Shown here in pieces: positions 18,526 to 28,871 of a stretch of DNA of 64,000 bases (positions within the stretch are counted from its first letter, which is position 1; each line of letters begins with the position of its first letter). Source of the DNA: Bacteroidia bacterium (GTDB lineage: Bacteria > Bacteroidota > Bacteroidia > UKL13-3); assembly GCA_034676125.1 (NCBI GenBank), contig JAUCCO010000002.1, forward strand, positions 2,675 to 66,674, in the 5' to 3' direction. The position numbers and the translations under genes are program-made. Below the pieces are notes generated by a model. That model was not told the origin of the DNA. It ran no database searches and was given only the letters and a program-made list of their open reading frames with translations.

Positions 18526-20592
18526 ATGAAATTTAAAACAATGATGATGTTATCTGCAATGGGTGCAGGTGTGCTAATGCACAGTTGTAAAAGCGACAAC
18601 AAAGCTGGTGCAGTAAATGAAAGTCCTGAAAGTTCGTTTAATTATGAAAACGAGCGTTTTGCTGATATTCAGATTTTACGCTACGAAATACCAGGTTTTG
18701 ATGAACTTACTGCTCAGCAAAAAGAGCTGGCTTATTACTTAAGTGAAGCCGCTAATTGTGGGCGTGATATAATTTACGACCAAAACTATAAACACAATTT
18801 GGCTATTCGTAAAACTATTGAAGCTGTTTTAAATACTTATAACGGTGATAAGAGTGCTGACGAATACAAGAAATTTGAGACCTATGCAAAGCGTGTATTT
18901 TTCTCAAACGGTATTCACCATCATTACAGTAAAGCTAAGTTTGTACCTACCTGTAGTTACGATTTTTTTGCTACTGCTGTTAAAGCTGTTCCTGCAGAGA
19001 GTTTACCTTTAAATGGTAAAACCGTTGATGCATTTTTAGCAGAAATGAAACCAATTATTTTTGATCCAAAGGTTGATGCCAAGAGTGTTAATTTAGCGAG
19101 TGGCGTTGATAATGTAAAATTATCAGCAAACAATTTTTATGAAGGCGTAACACAAGCTGAGGTTGAAGCATATTATAATGCGCGCATGGATAAAAAGGAC
19201 GAAACGCCAATTTCTTGGGGATTAAATAGCAAAATGGTTAAAGAAAATGGTAAGCTAACAGAAAAGGTATGGAAAGTTGGAGGCATGTATAGTGCAGCTA
19301 TCGAAAAAATTGTTTTTTGGCTAGATAAAGCTATTACCGTTGCGGAGAACGATATTCAGAAAAAAGCCCTACAATTATTAGTTGAATATTATAAAACGGG
19401 TGATTTAAAAAAGTGGGATGAGTATAATATTGCTTGGGTAAATGATACTGAAAGCAGATTAGATGTGGTAAATGGATTTATTGAAGTTTATGGTGATGCA
19501 ATTGGCAAACGAGCTTCGTTTGAATCGGTAGTGTCTATTAAGGATATGGAAGCCACCAAACGTATTGCAAAAATTGCAAGTAATGCACAATGGTTTGAAG
19601 ACAATTCGCCATTAATGCCCGAACATAAAAAGAAAGAAGTAAAAGGTATTACTGCTAAAGTAATTACGGTGATACAAGAAGCTGGAGACGCTTCGCCATC
19701 TACCCCAATTGGTATTAACTTGCCAAATGCAAATTGGATTCGTCAACACCACGGTTCTAAGTCTGTTTCGTTAGGTAATGTTGTACATGCTTATAATGTA
19801 GCAGGTGCAAAAAGCCCAATGATGCAAGAGTTTGCTTTAACTCCTGAAGAAATTGAAAGAAATAAAAAATATGGCTCGATTGCTGGCGATTTGCATACTG
19901 ATATGCACGAAGTAATTGGTCATGCTTCAGGGCAAATTAACAAGGGTGTTGGTGATCCTGATCAAACCCTAAAAAATTATGCAAGCACTTTAGAAGAAGC
20001 TCGTGCTGATTTAGTGGCACTGTATTACATTTATGATCAAAAATTAGTTGATTTAGGTGTAATGCCAAACCTAGAAGTTGGTAAATGTGAGTTTGATGGA
20101 TACATCCGTAACGGATTAATTACCCAATTAACGCGTATTGAATTAGGCGATCATTTAGAAGAAGCACACATGCGTAACCGCCAATTGGTAGCTGCTTGGG
20201 CATTTGATAAAGGCAAAGCAGAAAACGTAATTGAGTGGGTAAAAAAGGATGGAAAAACATACGTAAAAGTGAACGATTATGAAAAATTACGTAATTTATT
20301 TGGCCAGTTATTACGCGAAATTCAACGTATTAAATCAGAAGGAGATTTTGCCGCAGCTACAGCATTAGTTGAAGGTTACGGTGTAAAAGTAGATCAAACC
20401 TTATTAAAAGAAGTGCGTGATAGATTTGCGAAATTGAATACAGCTCCTTACAAAGGGTTTATTCAACCACAAATTGTACCGGTACTAAATGGTGATAAAG
20501 TAGAAGGTGTAAACGTTAACTATCCTGATAATTTTTTAGAAACACAATTGGAGTTAGGGAAAAAATATGGCTTTTTGCCAGCTTATAACTAA
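18526..20592 (+). CDS. dipeptidyl-peptidase III family (M49) metallopeptidase, lipoprotein-like
   Basis: It has the M49 zinc motifs HEVIGH and EEARAD, a signal peptide with Cys (LMHSCK), and a length of 688 aa. Confidence 0.85.
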   Translation: MKFKTMMMLSAMGAGVLMHSCKSDNKAGAVNESPESSFNYENERFADIQILRYEIPGFDELTAQQKELAYYLSEAANCGRDIIYDQNYKHNLAIRKTIEAVLNTYNGDKSADEYKKFETYAKRVFFSNGIHHHYSKAKFVPTCSYDFFATAVKAVPAESLPLNGKTVDAFLAEMKPIIFDPKVDAKSVNLASGVDNVKLSANNFYEGVTQAEVEAYYNARMDKKDETPISWGLNSKMVKENGKLTEKVWKVGGMYSAAIEKIVFWLDKAITVAENDIQKKALQLLVEYYKTGDLKKWDEYNIAWVNDTESRLDVVNGFIEVYGDAIGKRASFESVVSIKDMEATKRIAKIASNAQWFEDNSPLMPEHKKKEVKGITAKVITVIQEAGDASPSTPIGINLPNANWIRQHHGSKSVSLGNVVHAYNVAGAKSPMMQEFALTPEEIERNKKYGSIAGDLHTDMHEVIGHASGQINKGVGDPDQTLKNYASTLEEARADLVALYYIYDQKLVDLGVMPNLEVGKCEFDGYIRNGLITQLTRIELGDHLEEAHMRNRQLVAAWAFDKGKAENVIEWVKKDGKTYVKVNDYEKLRNLFGQLLREIQRIKSEGDFAAATALVEGYGVKVDQTLLKEVRDRFAKLNTAPYKGFIQPQIVPVLNGDKVEGVNVNYPDNFLETQLELGKKYGFLPAYN

Positions 20593-20613
20593 TTAAACAT
20601 TTTTAAATATTAA

Positions 20614-20652
20614 CAAACGTCTGCATGTAAATGCGGGCGTTTGTTGTATTTT
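20614..20652 (+). terminator. intrinsic terminator after the DPP3-like gene
   Basis: CAAACGTCTGCAT-gtaa-ATGCGGGCGTTTG forms a 13-bp stem with two G-U pairs and is followed by TTGTATTTTT. Confidence 0.75.
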
Positions 20653-20658
20653 TGGAGT

Positions 20659-21261
20659 ATGAAAAAAATAGCAGCAATAGTTTTGGTAACTTTATTTGCA
20701 ATAGATGCACAATCGCAAGCTATTGAGTTTGGTGTTAAGGCCGGTATTAATTTAAGTTCGTTAACAAGTGCGCCTAATTTGGGTGATGCAAACTCTACAA
20801 CAGGGTTTATTTGTGGGGCATTTGTGCGTAACAGCTCTGATGCATTTTATATTCAGCCAGAAGTGTTATTTACCCAACGCAAGGGTGTTTTTACAGATAA
20901 TGCTTCAAAATTAACAGTAACCAACACACTTACTTATATTGATGTTCCATTATTGGTGGGTTATAAATTAGCTGTATTTCGTATTAATGCCGGCCCAAAT
21001 CTTCAGTTTTTAGCAAGTGCAAATCAAGAGGCTCCGGTTTCACTTAACGACCCCAACTTTTCTAAAGATAATTTCAATTCTTTTTCAGTAGGTATGCAAG
21101 TTGGTGTTGGTGTTAATTTGGGCAAAATTAATTTAGATGTGCGTTACGATGGCAGCCTTGGTGATTTAGGCAAAACAATTACAACTTCGTCTGGCCAAAA
21201 AATTAACTATAGCACTAGGGCAAATATGTTTCAGTTTACCATTGGTTACCGCATTTTGTAA
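20659..21261 (+). CDS. porin-family outer membrane beta-barrel protein
   Basis: It has a signal peptide (MKKIAAIVLVTLFAIDAQSQA), alternating beta strands, and a C-terminal FTIGYRIL. The ATG at 20659 avoids overlapping the terminator. Confidence 0.7.
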   Translation: MKKIAAIVLVTLFAIDAQSQAIEFGVKAGINLSSLTSAPNLGDANSTTGFICGAFVRNSSDAFYIQPEVLFTQRKGVFTDNASKLTVTNTLTYIDVPLLVGYKLAVFRINAGPNLQFLASANQEAPVSLNDPNFSKDNFNSFSVGMQVGVGVNLGKINLDVRYDGSLGDLGKTITTSSGQKINYSTRANMFQFTIGYRIL

Positions 21262-21263
21262 TC

Positions 21264-21617
21264 ATGCATATCGAAGCATTTAGAACATACTGTTTAAATA
21301 AAAAAGGTGTTGAAGAAACATTGCCCTTTGGCGAAGATACTTTGGTGTTTAAAGTAATGGGAAAAGTATTTTCGCTTACTAGTTTTAGCGAACCTAATAG
21401 CTGCAACTTAAAGTGCAATCCAGATTATGCCTTGGAGTTACGTTCTCAATATCCATCAATAAAACCAGGTTACCACATGAATAAGCAACATTGGAATACC
21501 GTAGTTTATAATCGAGATGTACCTGATAAATTAATATTAGAATTAATTGACCATTCTTACCAATTGGTGGTTGATGGATTAACTAAAAAATTAAAACAAG
21601 AATTGGCTGATTTATGA
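21264..21617 (+). CDS. MmcQ/YjbR family DNA-binding protein
   Basis: At 117 aa, it carries the motifs ETLPFGEDTLVFKVMGKVF and GYHMNKQHWNTV typical of the YjbR fold family. Confidence 0.75.
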   Translation: MHIEAFRTYCLNKKGVEETLPFGEDTLVFKVMGKVFSLTSFSEPNSCNLKCNPDYALELRSQYPSIKPGYHMNKQHWNTVVYNRDVPDKLILELIDHSYQLVVDGLTKKLKQELADL

Positions 21618-21706
21618 AAAATATTATTTTTTTAGAATTAGCGGGAAGCATTATATTAATGGTGGTTTGTGTGGTTGCACTTTACCGTATGCGTAAAAAA
21701 AAATAA
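21614..21706 (+). CDS. candidate 30-aa single-TM microprotein
   Basis: Its ATG overlaps the upstream stop (ATGA). The product is MKNIIFLELAGSIILMVVCVVALYRMRKKK, one hydrophobic helix with a basic tail. It is below the ORF-track cutoff. Confidence 0.4.
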   Translation: MKNIIFLELAGSIILMVVCVVALYRMRKKK

Positions 21707-23575
21707 CTAGTGCGTTTTATTGTTTATTAATTTGTTATTGTACTGCTGTATGTTAGCTTTTAAGTATAATTCCATTGTGTTTAATACATCAATATTGGCT
21801 GTGTTTATTAGGTTCTCTTTCATCAAACTATCATTGCTTAAATTATAAAAACCTATACTTTTTTCTCCATTAAATTGTAATATGTAAGGGTAATTTATTA
21901 GTTGATAAATACCTCCATCAAACTGAATGGCACCATTGCCAGCAAAACTAAAATAAGTAGTATTTTTTGGCAAAACCTTATTTAAAATGATAGGTAAAAT
22001 ACTTAAATGGTCGGTAGTTTTAGTAATAATTTTAGGCAAACTATCATGGGTAGTTGGTGTTGCATTATAAACAAATAAAGGCACTGCATATTTACCATGA
22101 GTTGTTAAGTAATAAGGCAACATGTTTTCACTACTATGATCGGCCGTAAATACAAAAATAGTGTTGCTGTACCAAGGTTGTTTTTTAGCTGTTTCAAAAA
22201 ATTGCTGTAAGGCATAATCGGTATATTCTACAGTAGCGTGTATGGGTAATGGTCCGCCTTTAAATCTATTTTTATATATGGCAGGTAATTGGTAGGGGTG
22301 ATGAGATGAAAGCGTAAATACTGTAGTAAAAAATGGCTGCTTTGTTTTGTTAATTTCATTGGCTACATATTGCAAATAAGGCTCGTCTGCAATGCCCCAG
22401 TTTCCATCAAAATCTTTTTGATTAGGATATTCATTTAAACCATAATATTTACCTGCTTGGGTATTAGCTACAAACCTATCAAAACTCATTGTACCGTTTT
22501 TTCCACCATGATAAAACGATGTTTGGTAACCTTGTTTTGCTAAGTAATTTCCAATGCTATGCAGGGTATTGGTTTGATAAAAACTATTAATATAATCACT
22601 TTGTAACCAACTTGGCATTGATGCAATAATTGCAGGAATACCTTCTATACTTCGTTTGCCATTTGCATATGCATTTATATACACTTCGCTATGCTGCATA
22701 AGCGAGTCAATAAAGGGGGTATATCCATTATTATTGTTATAAAATCCTACGTATTCTTTTCCTATGCTTTCTAGTATTATTAACACCACATTTTTACCTA
22801 TATCTTCACCGTTTTTTAAAGTTATTTTATTAGGGTTGAAAAGGTTTTTAGCCTCAACTTCTGTCATGTAATTTTTTTCTTCAACACCAGTTTGTTCAAT
22901 TGTCATTAACATTTGAAAAGGAGTATTAAGCGTAAGTGGCATTAACTCTGCACCTGCGAATTTAGCGGCATCTAAAGTGTTTAATGGTTTTAATCCCAGG
23001 CTACCACGAGCGCCTAAAAATGTTGCAGCACCAATTAAAATCATTGCCAAAAATTGTACAATAATTGATGGGTTTTGGTTAACACTATTTTTTAGATTTA
23101 GCTCAGGATAAACCCTCCATAAAGTATATAAAACGGTAATGATTAATAACAATAAATACCAATAATCTATTAAGTAAGTAATTGGCGAAACGTTTTGCGT
23201 GCTTTGCATTTTTATCAACTCAAAACCACTGCGCTTTCCGCTAAAATTAAAATATGCTACATCAATAAAATTCAATACCAATGCAATGGCCGCAGCTAAC
23301 ATAAATATTAGTTTTATTATTAATTGGTAGGTTTTAGTGTTACGTAAATTAATTGGTAAAATGTGCATCAAAACTACTAAACCAAAAGTGTACATGATGG
23401 CCGAAGTATCAAACCAAACCCCACTTAAAAAAGCTCCAAGTATACTTATGGTTGATTTTGTTACAAAAAATTTGAAGTAGGTAACAAAAAAAACTAATCT
23501 ACAAAAAGTATATAGCACATAGGCTAATAGCAATCTTTTAAAAAGAATATTAATGTGCGGCAGCTTTAAATTCAC
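21707..23575 (-). CDS. LTA synthase family / sulfatase-domain membrane protein
   Basis: Five N-terminal TM helices are followed by an alkaline-phosphatase-superfamily domain (VVLIILESIG..., TADHS). The start is GTG. Confidence 0.75.
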   Translation of the reverse strand: MNLKLPHINILFKRLLLAYVLYTFCRLVFFVTYFKFFVTKSTISILGAFLSGVWFDTSAIMYTFGLVVLMHILPINLRNTKTYQLIIKLIFMLAAAIALVLNFIDVAYFNFSGKRSGFELIKMQSTQNVSPITYLIDYWYLLLLIITVLYTLWRVYPELNLKNSVNQNPSIIVQFLAMILIGAATFLGARGSLGLKPLNTLDAAKFAGAELMPLTLNTPFQMLMTIEQTGVEEKNYMTEVEAKNLFNPNKITLKNGEDIGKNVVLIILESIGKEYVGFYNNNNGYTPFIDSLMQHSEVYINAYANGKRSIEGIPAIIASMPSWLQSDYINSFYQTNTLHSIGNYLAKQGYQTSFYHGGKNGTMSFDRFVANTQAGKYYGLNEYPNQKDFDGNWGIADEPYLQYVANEINKTKQPFFTTVFTLSSHHPYQLPAIYKNRFKGGPLPIHATVEYTDYALQQFFETAKKQPWYSNTIFVFTADHSSENMLPYYLTTHGKYAVPLFVYNATPTTHDSLPKIITKTTDHLSILPIILNKVLPKNTTYFSFAGNGAIQFDGGIYQLINYPYILQFNGEKSIGFYNLSNDSLMKENLINTANIDVLNTMELYLKANIQQYNNKLINNKTH

Positions 23576-23643
23576 GCTGGCAAATATAGTGTTTGAAAAT
23601 TTAGCATGGTATTTTAAAAGGCTTTTGTTTAATTGCCATTGTT

Positions 23644-24660
23644 ATGTACATACAGCAAAACATATCGCTTAAAGAATACAATACATTTGGTATTGATGTA
23701 AAGGCAAAGGAATTTGTGCTCATTGACACGCTTGAAGAGCTTTGTATTTTTTGTGCAGCCTTTAATTTAAATGATAGGAAGTTACTTATTTTAGGTGGTG
23801 GTAGTAATGTTTTGCTAACTGCAGATTTTGATGGTATGGCCATTAAAATGAATTTAAAAGGAATTGAAATAATTAACGAAAACCAAAACAATACTTGGAT
23901 AAAAGTAATGGCTGGCGAGGTATGGCACGACTTTGTGATGTATTGTGTTAATTTAAATTTAGGTGGGGTTGAAAACTTAAGTTTAATACCCGGTTGTGTT
24001 GGAGCTGCTCCCATGCAAAATATTGGAGCTTATGGTGTTGAAATAAAAGATACTTTTGATAGTCTTGAGGCGGTTGAAATTACAACTGGCGACATGGTTA
24101 AGTTTAGCAAAGAACAGTGTAATTTTGGTTATCGCGAAAGTGTTTTTAAGCACGAGGCAAAAGGAAAATATATCATCTCTTCAGTAATATTTAAATTATC
24201 AAAACAACCCATTTTAAATACTTCGTATGGTGCAATACAACAAGTATTAACCGAAAAACAAATTATCAACCCTACTGTAAAAGATGTGAGTGATGCTGTA
24301 GTTAGTATTAGACAAAGCAAATTGCCTAACCCTAAAGTTTTAGGTAATGCAGGCAGCTTTTTTAAAAATCCGGAAATTCCAGCAGCACAATTTGCAAGTT
24401 TGCAGGTAAATTTTCCTGGTATTGTAGGTTACCCTGCAAGTGCAGGAAATATTAAAGTAGCCGCAGGTTGGATGATTGAACAATGTGGCTGGAAAGGTAA
24501 AGTAGTTGGCCATGCTGGCTCTCACAAAGACCAAGCCTTGGTTTTGGTAAATTATGGTGGAGCAACAGGAAACGAAATTTGGCAATTAGCACTAGATATT
24601 CAGGCCAGTGTATTAAATAAATTTGGGGTAACTATTGTACCCGAGGTTAATGTTGTGTAA
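23644..24660 (+). CDS. murB: UDP-N-acetylenolpyruvoylglucosamine reductase
   Basis: It has an FAD-binding domain (LLILGGGSNVLL), a YRES-containing segment and the C-terminal AGWMIEQCGWKG. The length is 338 aa. Confidence 0.92.
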   Translation: MYIQQNISLKEYNTFGIDVKAKEFVLIDTLEELCIFCAAFNLNDRKLLILGGGSNVLLTADFDGMAIKMNLKGIEIINENQNNTWIKVMAGEVWHDFVMYCVNLNLGGVENLSLIPGCVGAAPMQNIGAYGVEIKDTFDSLEAVEITTGDMVKFSKEQCNFGYRESVFKHEAKGKYIISSVIFKLSKQPILNTSYGAIQQVLTEKQIINPTVKDVSDAVVSIRQSKLPNPKVLGNAGSFFKNPEIPAAQFASLQVNFPGIVGYPASAGNIKVAAGWMIEQCGWKGKVVGHAGSHKDQALVLVNYGGATGNEIWQLALDIQASVLNKFGVTIVPEVNVV

Positions 24661-24754
24661 TAAAAAAATGATTCGCTAAAAATCATACACACAAGCTTAA
24701 AAATCCCAATATCTTAGCTTACTTTTGCGGCTCTTAAAATAATTCGTTACACGT

Positions 24755-26278
24755 ATGCAAGAATCGCGCAAAATTACCAATGCTTTAATCTCTGTTTTTT
24801 ATAAAGATGGTTTAGATATTTTAGCTAAAACCTTAAATAAGTTAGGTGTAAATATTTATTCAACAGGTGGTACACAAGAGTTTATTGAAAACCTAGGAAT
24901 AAAAGTTAACCGTGTGGAAGACTTAACCAGCTACCCAAGTATTTTGGGCGGAAGGGTTAAAACCTTACATCCAAAAGTATTTGGGGGGATTTTAGCTCGC
25001 AGAAATAATGAGCAAGATCAAAAAGAAGTGGTAGAATTTGACATTCCATTTTTTGATATTGTGGTGGTAGATTTATATCCATTTGAAGAAACCGTAAAAA
25101 GCACTACTGACGAAAGTAAAATAATTGAAAAAATTGATATTGGCGGTGTTTCATTGATTCGCGCAGCAGCCAAAAATTTTAATGATGTGCTAATTGTTTG
25201 TGATAAAGCAGATTTTGCTTCGGTAGCTGAAACGTTGGCCTCGCAAGATGGCACAACAACAATAGAACAACGCAGGCACTATGCTACAAAATCTTTTCAT
25301 ACCACATCTCATTACGATGGTTTAATTTTTAACTATTTTGATAAAGAAACCACCACTGGATTTAAAGCGAGTGTGGCACCTGCAAAAACATTGCGATATG
25401 GCGAAAATCCTCATCAAAAGGGAGTTTATTATGGTAATTTAAACGAATTATTTACCCAGTTACATGGCAAAGAATTATCATACAATAACCTATTAGATGT
25501 TGATGCAGCATTGAGTTTAATAAACGATTTTAGTGAGCCAACAATTGCCATCATCAAACATAATAACCCTTGTGGATTGGCTACTCGAGCTACAATTGCG
25601 CAAGCCTATATTGATGCTTTGGCAGCAGATCCAACTTCGGCCTTTGGAGGTATAATTGCATCAAACAAACCAATTGATGAAGCTACAGCATTGCAAATTG
25701 ACAAACTTTTTATGGAAGTGCTCATTGCACCAGCATTTGAAGGCAAAGCATTAGAAATTTTGCAAAGTAAAAAGAATAGAATTTTATTGGTTCAAAATGG
25801 TAAAATACCGGCTGGCAAACAGTTTAGAAGTATATTGAATGGTGTGGTAGAACAAGATAAAGATTTGGTGATTTTAAAATCAACCGACCTTAAATTAGTT
25901 ACCACCAAAGCCGCTACCGAAAGGCAAATTACGGATATGCTGTTTGCAGATATTATTGTAAAACATACCAAAAGCAACACCATCGTATTAGCAAAAAATA
26001 AACAATTAATTGGTATTGGTTGTGGCCAAACATCGAGAATTGATGCATTAAAAGGTGCAATAAATAAAGCCAAAGAGTTTGGTTTTGAACTTAATGGCGC
26101 TGTTATGGCGAGTGATGCATTTTTCCCTTTTCCAGATTGTGTTGAGATTGCTGGTTTAGAAGGAATTGATGCAGTAATTCAGCCAGGCGGATCAATTAAA
26201 GACGAGTTGAGTGTAAACTATTGTAATGCCAATAATATGGCCATGTATTTTACAGGAATTAGGCATTTTAAACACTAA
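24755..26278 (+). CDS. purH: bifunctional AICAR transformylase / IMP cyclohydrolase
   Basis: It has an MGS-like N-terminus (ALISVFYKDGL...STGGT), then KTLHPKV, YGENPHQ and a C-terminal GIRHFKH. Confidence 0.95.
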   Translation: MQESRKITNALISVFYKDGLDILAKTLNKLGVNIYSTGGTQEFIENLGIKVNRVEDLTSYPSILGGRVKTLHPKVFGGILARRNNEQDQKEVVEFDIPFFDIVVVDLYPFEETVKSTTDESKIIEKIDIGGVSLIRAAAKNFNDVLIVCDKADFASVAETLASQDGTTTIEQRRHYATKSFHTTSHYDGLIFNYFDKETTTGFKASVAPAKTLRYGENPHQKGVYYGNLNELFTQLHGKELSYNNLLDVDAALSLINDFSEPTIAIIKHNNPCGLATRATIAQAYIDALAADPTSAFGGIIASNKPIDEATALQIDKLFMEVLIAPAFEGKALEILQSKKNRILLVQNGKIPAGKQFRSILNGVVEQDKDLVILKSTDLKLVTTKAATERQITDMLFADIIVKHTKSNTIVLAKNKQLIGIGCGQTSRIDALKGAINKAKEFGFELNGAVMASDAFFPFPDCVEIAGLEGIDAVIQPGGSIKDELSVNYCNANNMAMYFTGIRHFKH

Positions 26279-26416
26279 TTTAAGGCAGCTCAAGCCAAAC
26301 ACACATTTACGCGCAAAATAAATCTGTTAAAATAGTGGATAACATGCCACCATATTTGCTAAATATATTTTTATATTGCACGCTATTAATCGCACTTAAC
26401 GAATTAGAACTAATAT

Positions 26417-27439
26417 ATGGGAGTTTTTAGCTTCTTGACGCAAGATTTAGCAATTGACCTTGGCACTGCCAACACACTGATTATTCATAAAGATCAGGTG
26501 GTAGTAGATGAACCATCAATAATTGCTATAAATCGTAAGACAGGTAATGTAATTGCCGTGGGTAGCCAAGCACAACAAATGCATGGTAAGGCGCACGAAG
26601 ATATTAAAACAATACGCCCATTAAAAGATGGAGTAATTGCTGATTTTCAGGCTGCAGAGCACATGATTAGGGGTATGATTCAGATGATACCGCAAACTAG
26701 CAAAATTATTAAACCTCAACAACGTATGGTTATTTGTATACCATCGGGCATTACCGAGGTTGAAAAACGTGCAGTGCGTGATAGCGCTGAACGTGCTGGT
26801 GCTAAAGAGGTTTATCTAATTCACGAACCTATGTCGGCTGCAATTGGTATTGGTATTGATGTGTTTGAACCAATGGGTAACATGATTATTGATATTGGTG
26901 GCGGTACTACCGAGATTGCAGTTATTGCATTAGCGGGTATTGTTTGCGATCAATCTATTCGTGTGGCTGGTGATGAATTTACTGATGATATTTTAGATTA
27001 TATGCGCAGACAACATAACCTACTTGTGGGTGAACGTACTGCCGAAAGAATTAAAATTGAAGTTGGTGCTGCATTAACTGAGTTAGAAAATCCACCACCA
27101 GATTTTGCTGTAAATGGTAGAGATTTAATGACAGGTATTCCTAAACAAATTACCGTTACGTATAGCGAAATTGCAGCAGCTTTAGATAAATCAATTTCTA
27201 AAATAGAAGAAGCTGTTTTGCGTGCGTTAGAATTAACACCACCAGAACTTTCTGCAGATATTTACTCAACAGGTTTGTATTTAACCGGTGGCGGTGCATT
27301 ACTTCGTGGTTTGGATGTGCGTATTGCGGCAAAAACAAAATTGCCAGTGCATGTGGCCGAAGATCCACTGCGTGCAGTTGTGCGTGGAACGGGTATGGCA
27401 CTTAAAAATTTAAAGAATTTTAAATTTTTAATGACCTAA
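26417..27439 (+). CDS. mreB: rod shape-determining protein MreB
   Basis: Actin-fold motifs DLAIDLGTANTLI, IIDIGGGTTEIA and LTGGGALLRGLD are present. Confidence 0.96.
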   Translation: MGVFSFLTQDLAIDLGTANTLIIHKDQVVVDEPSIIAINRKTGNVIAVGSQAQQMHGKAHEDIKTIRPLKDGVIADFQAAEHMIRGMIQMIPQTSKIIKPQQRMVICIPSGITEVEKRAVRDSAERAGAKEVYLIHEPMSAAIGIGIDVFEPMGNMIIDIGGGTTEIAVIALAGIVCDQSIRVAGDEFTDDILDYMRRQHNLLVGERTAERIKIEVGAALTELENPPPDFAVNGRDLMTGIPKQITVTYSEIAAALDKSISKIEEAVLRALELTPPELSADIYSTGLYLTGGGALLRGLDVRIAAKTKLPVHVAEDPLRAVVRGTGMALKNLKNFKFLMT

Positions 27440-27516
27440 GAAATTACGAAGTCCGAGTGTTGAAATGGCTTTACTTATTTAGTGTTTTGATATTCTTAAT
27501 TCGAGTTTTTATATAG

Positions 27517-28353
27517 ATGCGCAACCTCATATTTTTTATATACAAATACCACGTATTTTTTATATTCTTCGTGCTGGAGATTGCTGCATTTGTTATTATT
27601 TACAGGTTCAATAATTATCAAAAAGCAAGTTTTTTAAACTATACAAATGGTGTAGCAAATAACTTTTATAATGGAGTAAGCAACACACAAGAGTATTTTA
27701 ATTTACGTAGGGTTAATGATAGTTTGCAATTAGAAAATGCACGGTTACGTTCTCAACAAATAATTTCGTATTACCAAAATAATATTAGTATCAATAGCAT
27801 AAACGATACTGTATATAAACAACAATACCAGTACACAGCAGCACAAGTTGTAAATAACTCGGTAACCAAACGTAACAATTATATCACCCTAAATAGAGGT
27901 AGCTTACATGGTATTAAGCGCGAAATGGGCGTAATAAGCGAAAACGGTATTGTAGGTATTGTAATGAATGTGAGTGAACATTATTGTACCGTATTATCGC
28001 TATTAAACAGTAATTGCAAGATTAGTGCAAAGCTTCAAAAAACAGGTGCATTTGGTTCGTTAGTTTGGGATGGTAAAAATCCCAAAATTTCTAAGTTACT
28101 TGATGTAAATAAACATGTGCCTATAGAAATTGGCGATTTGGTAATCACCAGTAATTTTTCTACTATTTTTCCTGAAGGTATTCCTATAGGTAAAATAGCT
28201 AAACATACTTTAGATGCAGGTGATAATTTTCACGCAATTGAAGTAGAATTGTTTACTGATTTTAGTACAGTTTCTACAGTATATATTATTAGCAATTTGT
28301 TAAAAAACGAACAACAAGAGCTAGAACAAACTTTACCAAAAGATAAAAAGTGA
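27517..28353 (+). CDS. mreC: rod shape-determining protein MreC
   Basis: It lies immediately after mreB and has an N-terminal TM helix, a coiled coil (LQLENARLR) and a beta-rich C-terminal domain (GIVGIV). Confidence 0.85.
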   Translation: MRNLIFFIYKYHVFFIFFVLEIAAFVIIYRFNNYQKASFLNYTNGVANNFYNGVSNTQEYFNLRRVNDSLQLENARLRSQQIISYYQNNISINSINDTVYKQQYQYTAAQVVNNSVTKRNNYITLNRGSLHGIKREMGVISENGIVGIVMNVSEHYCTVLSLLNSNCKISAKLQKTGAFGSLVWDGKNPKISKLLDVNKHVPIEIGDLVITSNFSTIFPEGIPIGKIAKHTLDAGDNFHAIEVELFTDFSTVSTVYIISNLLKNEQQELEQTLPKDKK

Positions 28354-28871
28354 TATTAGATTTTTTTACATATCTATTAAGGTTTGCCGGTATAATATTG
28401 GTGCAGATACTTGTGGTTGATAACATAGAGTTGAGCAGCAACATCAACCCCTATATTTATATTAATTTTATTTTGTTGTTACCAGTTACCATTAAGCCAT
28501 GGCAAGCACTATTTTTAGCTTTTTTATGTGGCGCAGTTATGGATACTTTTAGCAGTACCCCTGGATTACACATTGCCGCTACAGTATTATTGGCTTATGT
28601 AAGGGTACATTATTTAAGGTTTGCAACTACCAAAGAAGATTTGGAAAACCACATTCGCCCCTCAATGAGTAAAAAGGGTGTGGTATGGTTTATTGTGTAT
28701 TGTTTTATAATGACAATTACACACCATACTTTCTTATTTTTTCTTGAGATTTATGGTTTCCAAGAATTCTTTAGCACCTTGTTGCGCATTATATTAAGCA
28801 CGTTGGTAACTGTGTTGATGATTGTTGTTGGACAAATGTTATTTTACAACACCAAAATAAGTAATGGATAG
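28350..28871 (+). CDS. mreD: rod shape-determining protein MreD
   Basis: It is a polytopic membrane protein between mreC and mrdA. The GTG start overlaps the mreC stop. Confidence 0.75.
   Translation: MILDFFTYLLRFAGIILVQILVVDNIELSSNINPYIYINFILLLPVTIKPWQALFLAFLCGAVMDTFSSTPGLHIAATVLLAYVRVHYLRFATTKEDLENHIRPSMSKKGVVWFIVYCFIMTITHHTFLFFLEIYGFQEFFSTLLRIILSTLVTVLMIVVGQMLFYNTKISNG

Noticed and set aside
24661-24754. A possible ZTP (pfl) riboswitch upstream of purH.
   Set aside because: Only about 95 nt of spacer is available, with a -7 box (TACTTTTG) about 25 nt before the ATG. No GGGUCGUGAC or CCGCCUGGGCA-like elements are present.
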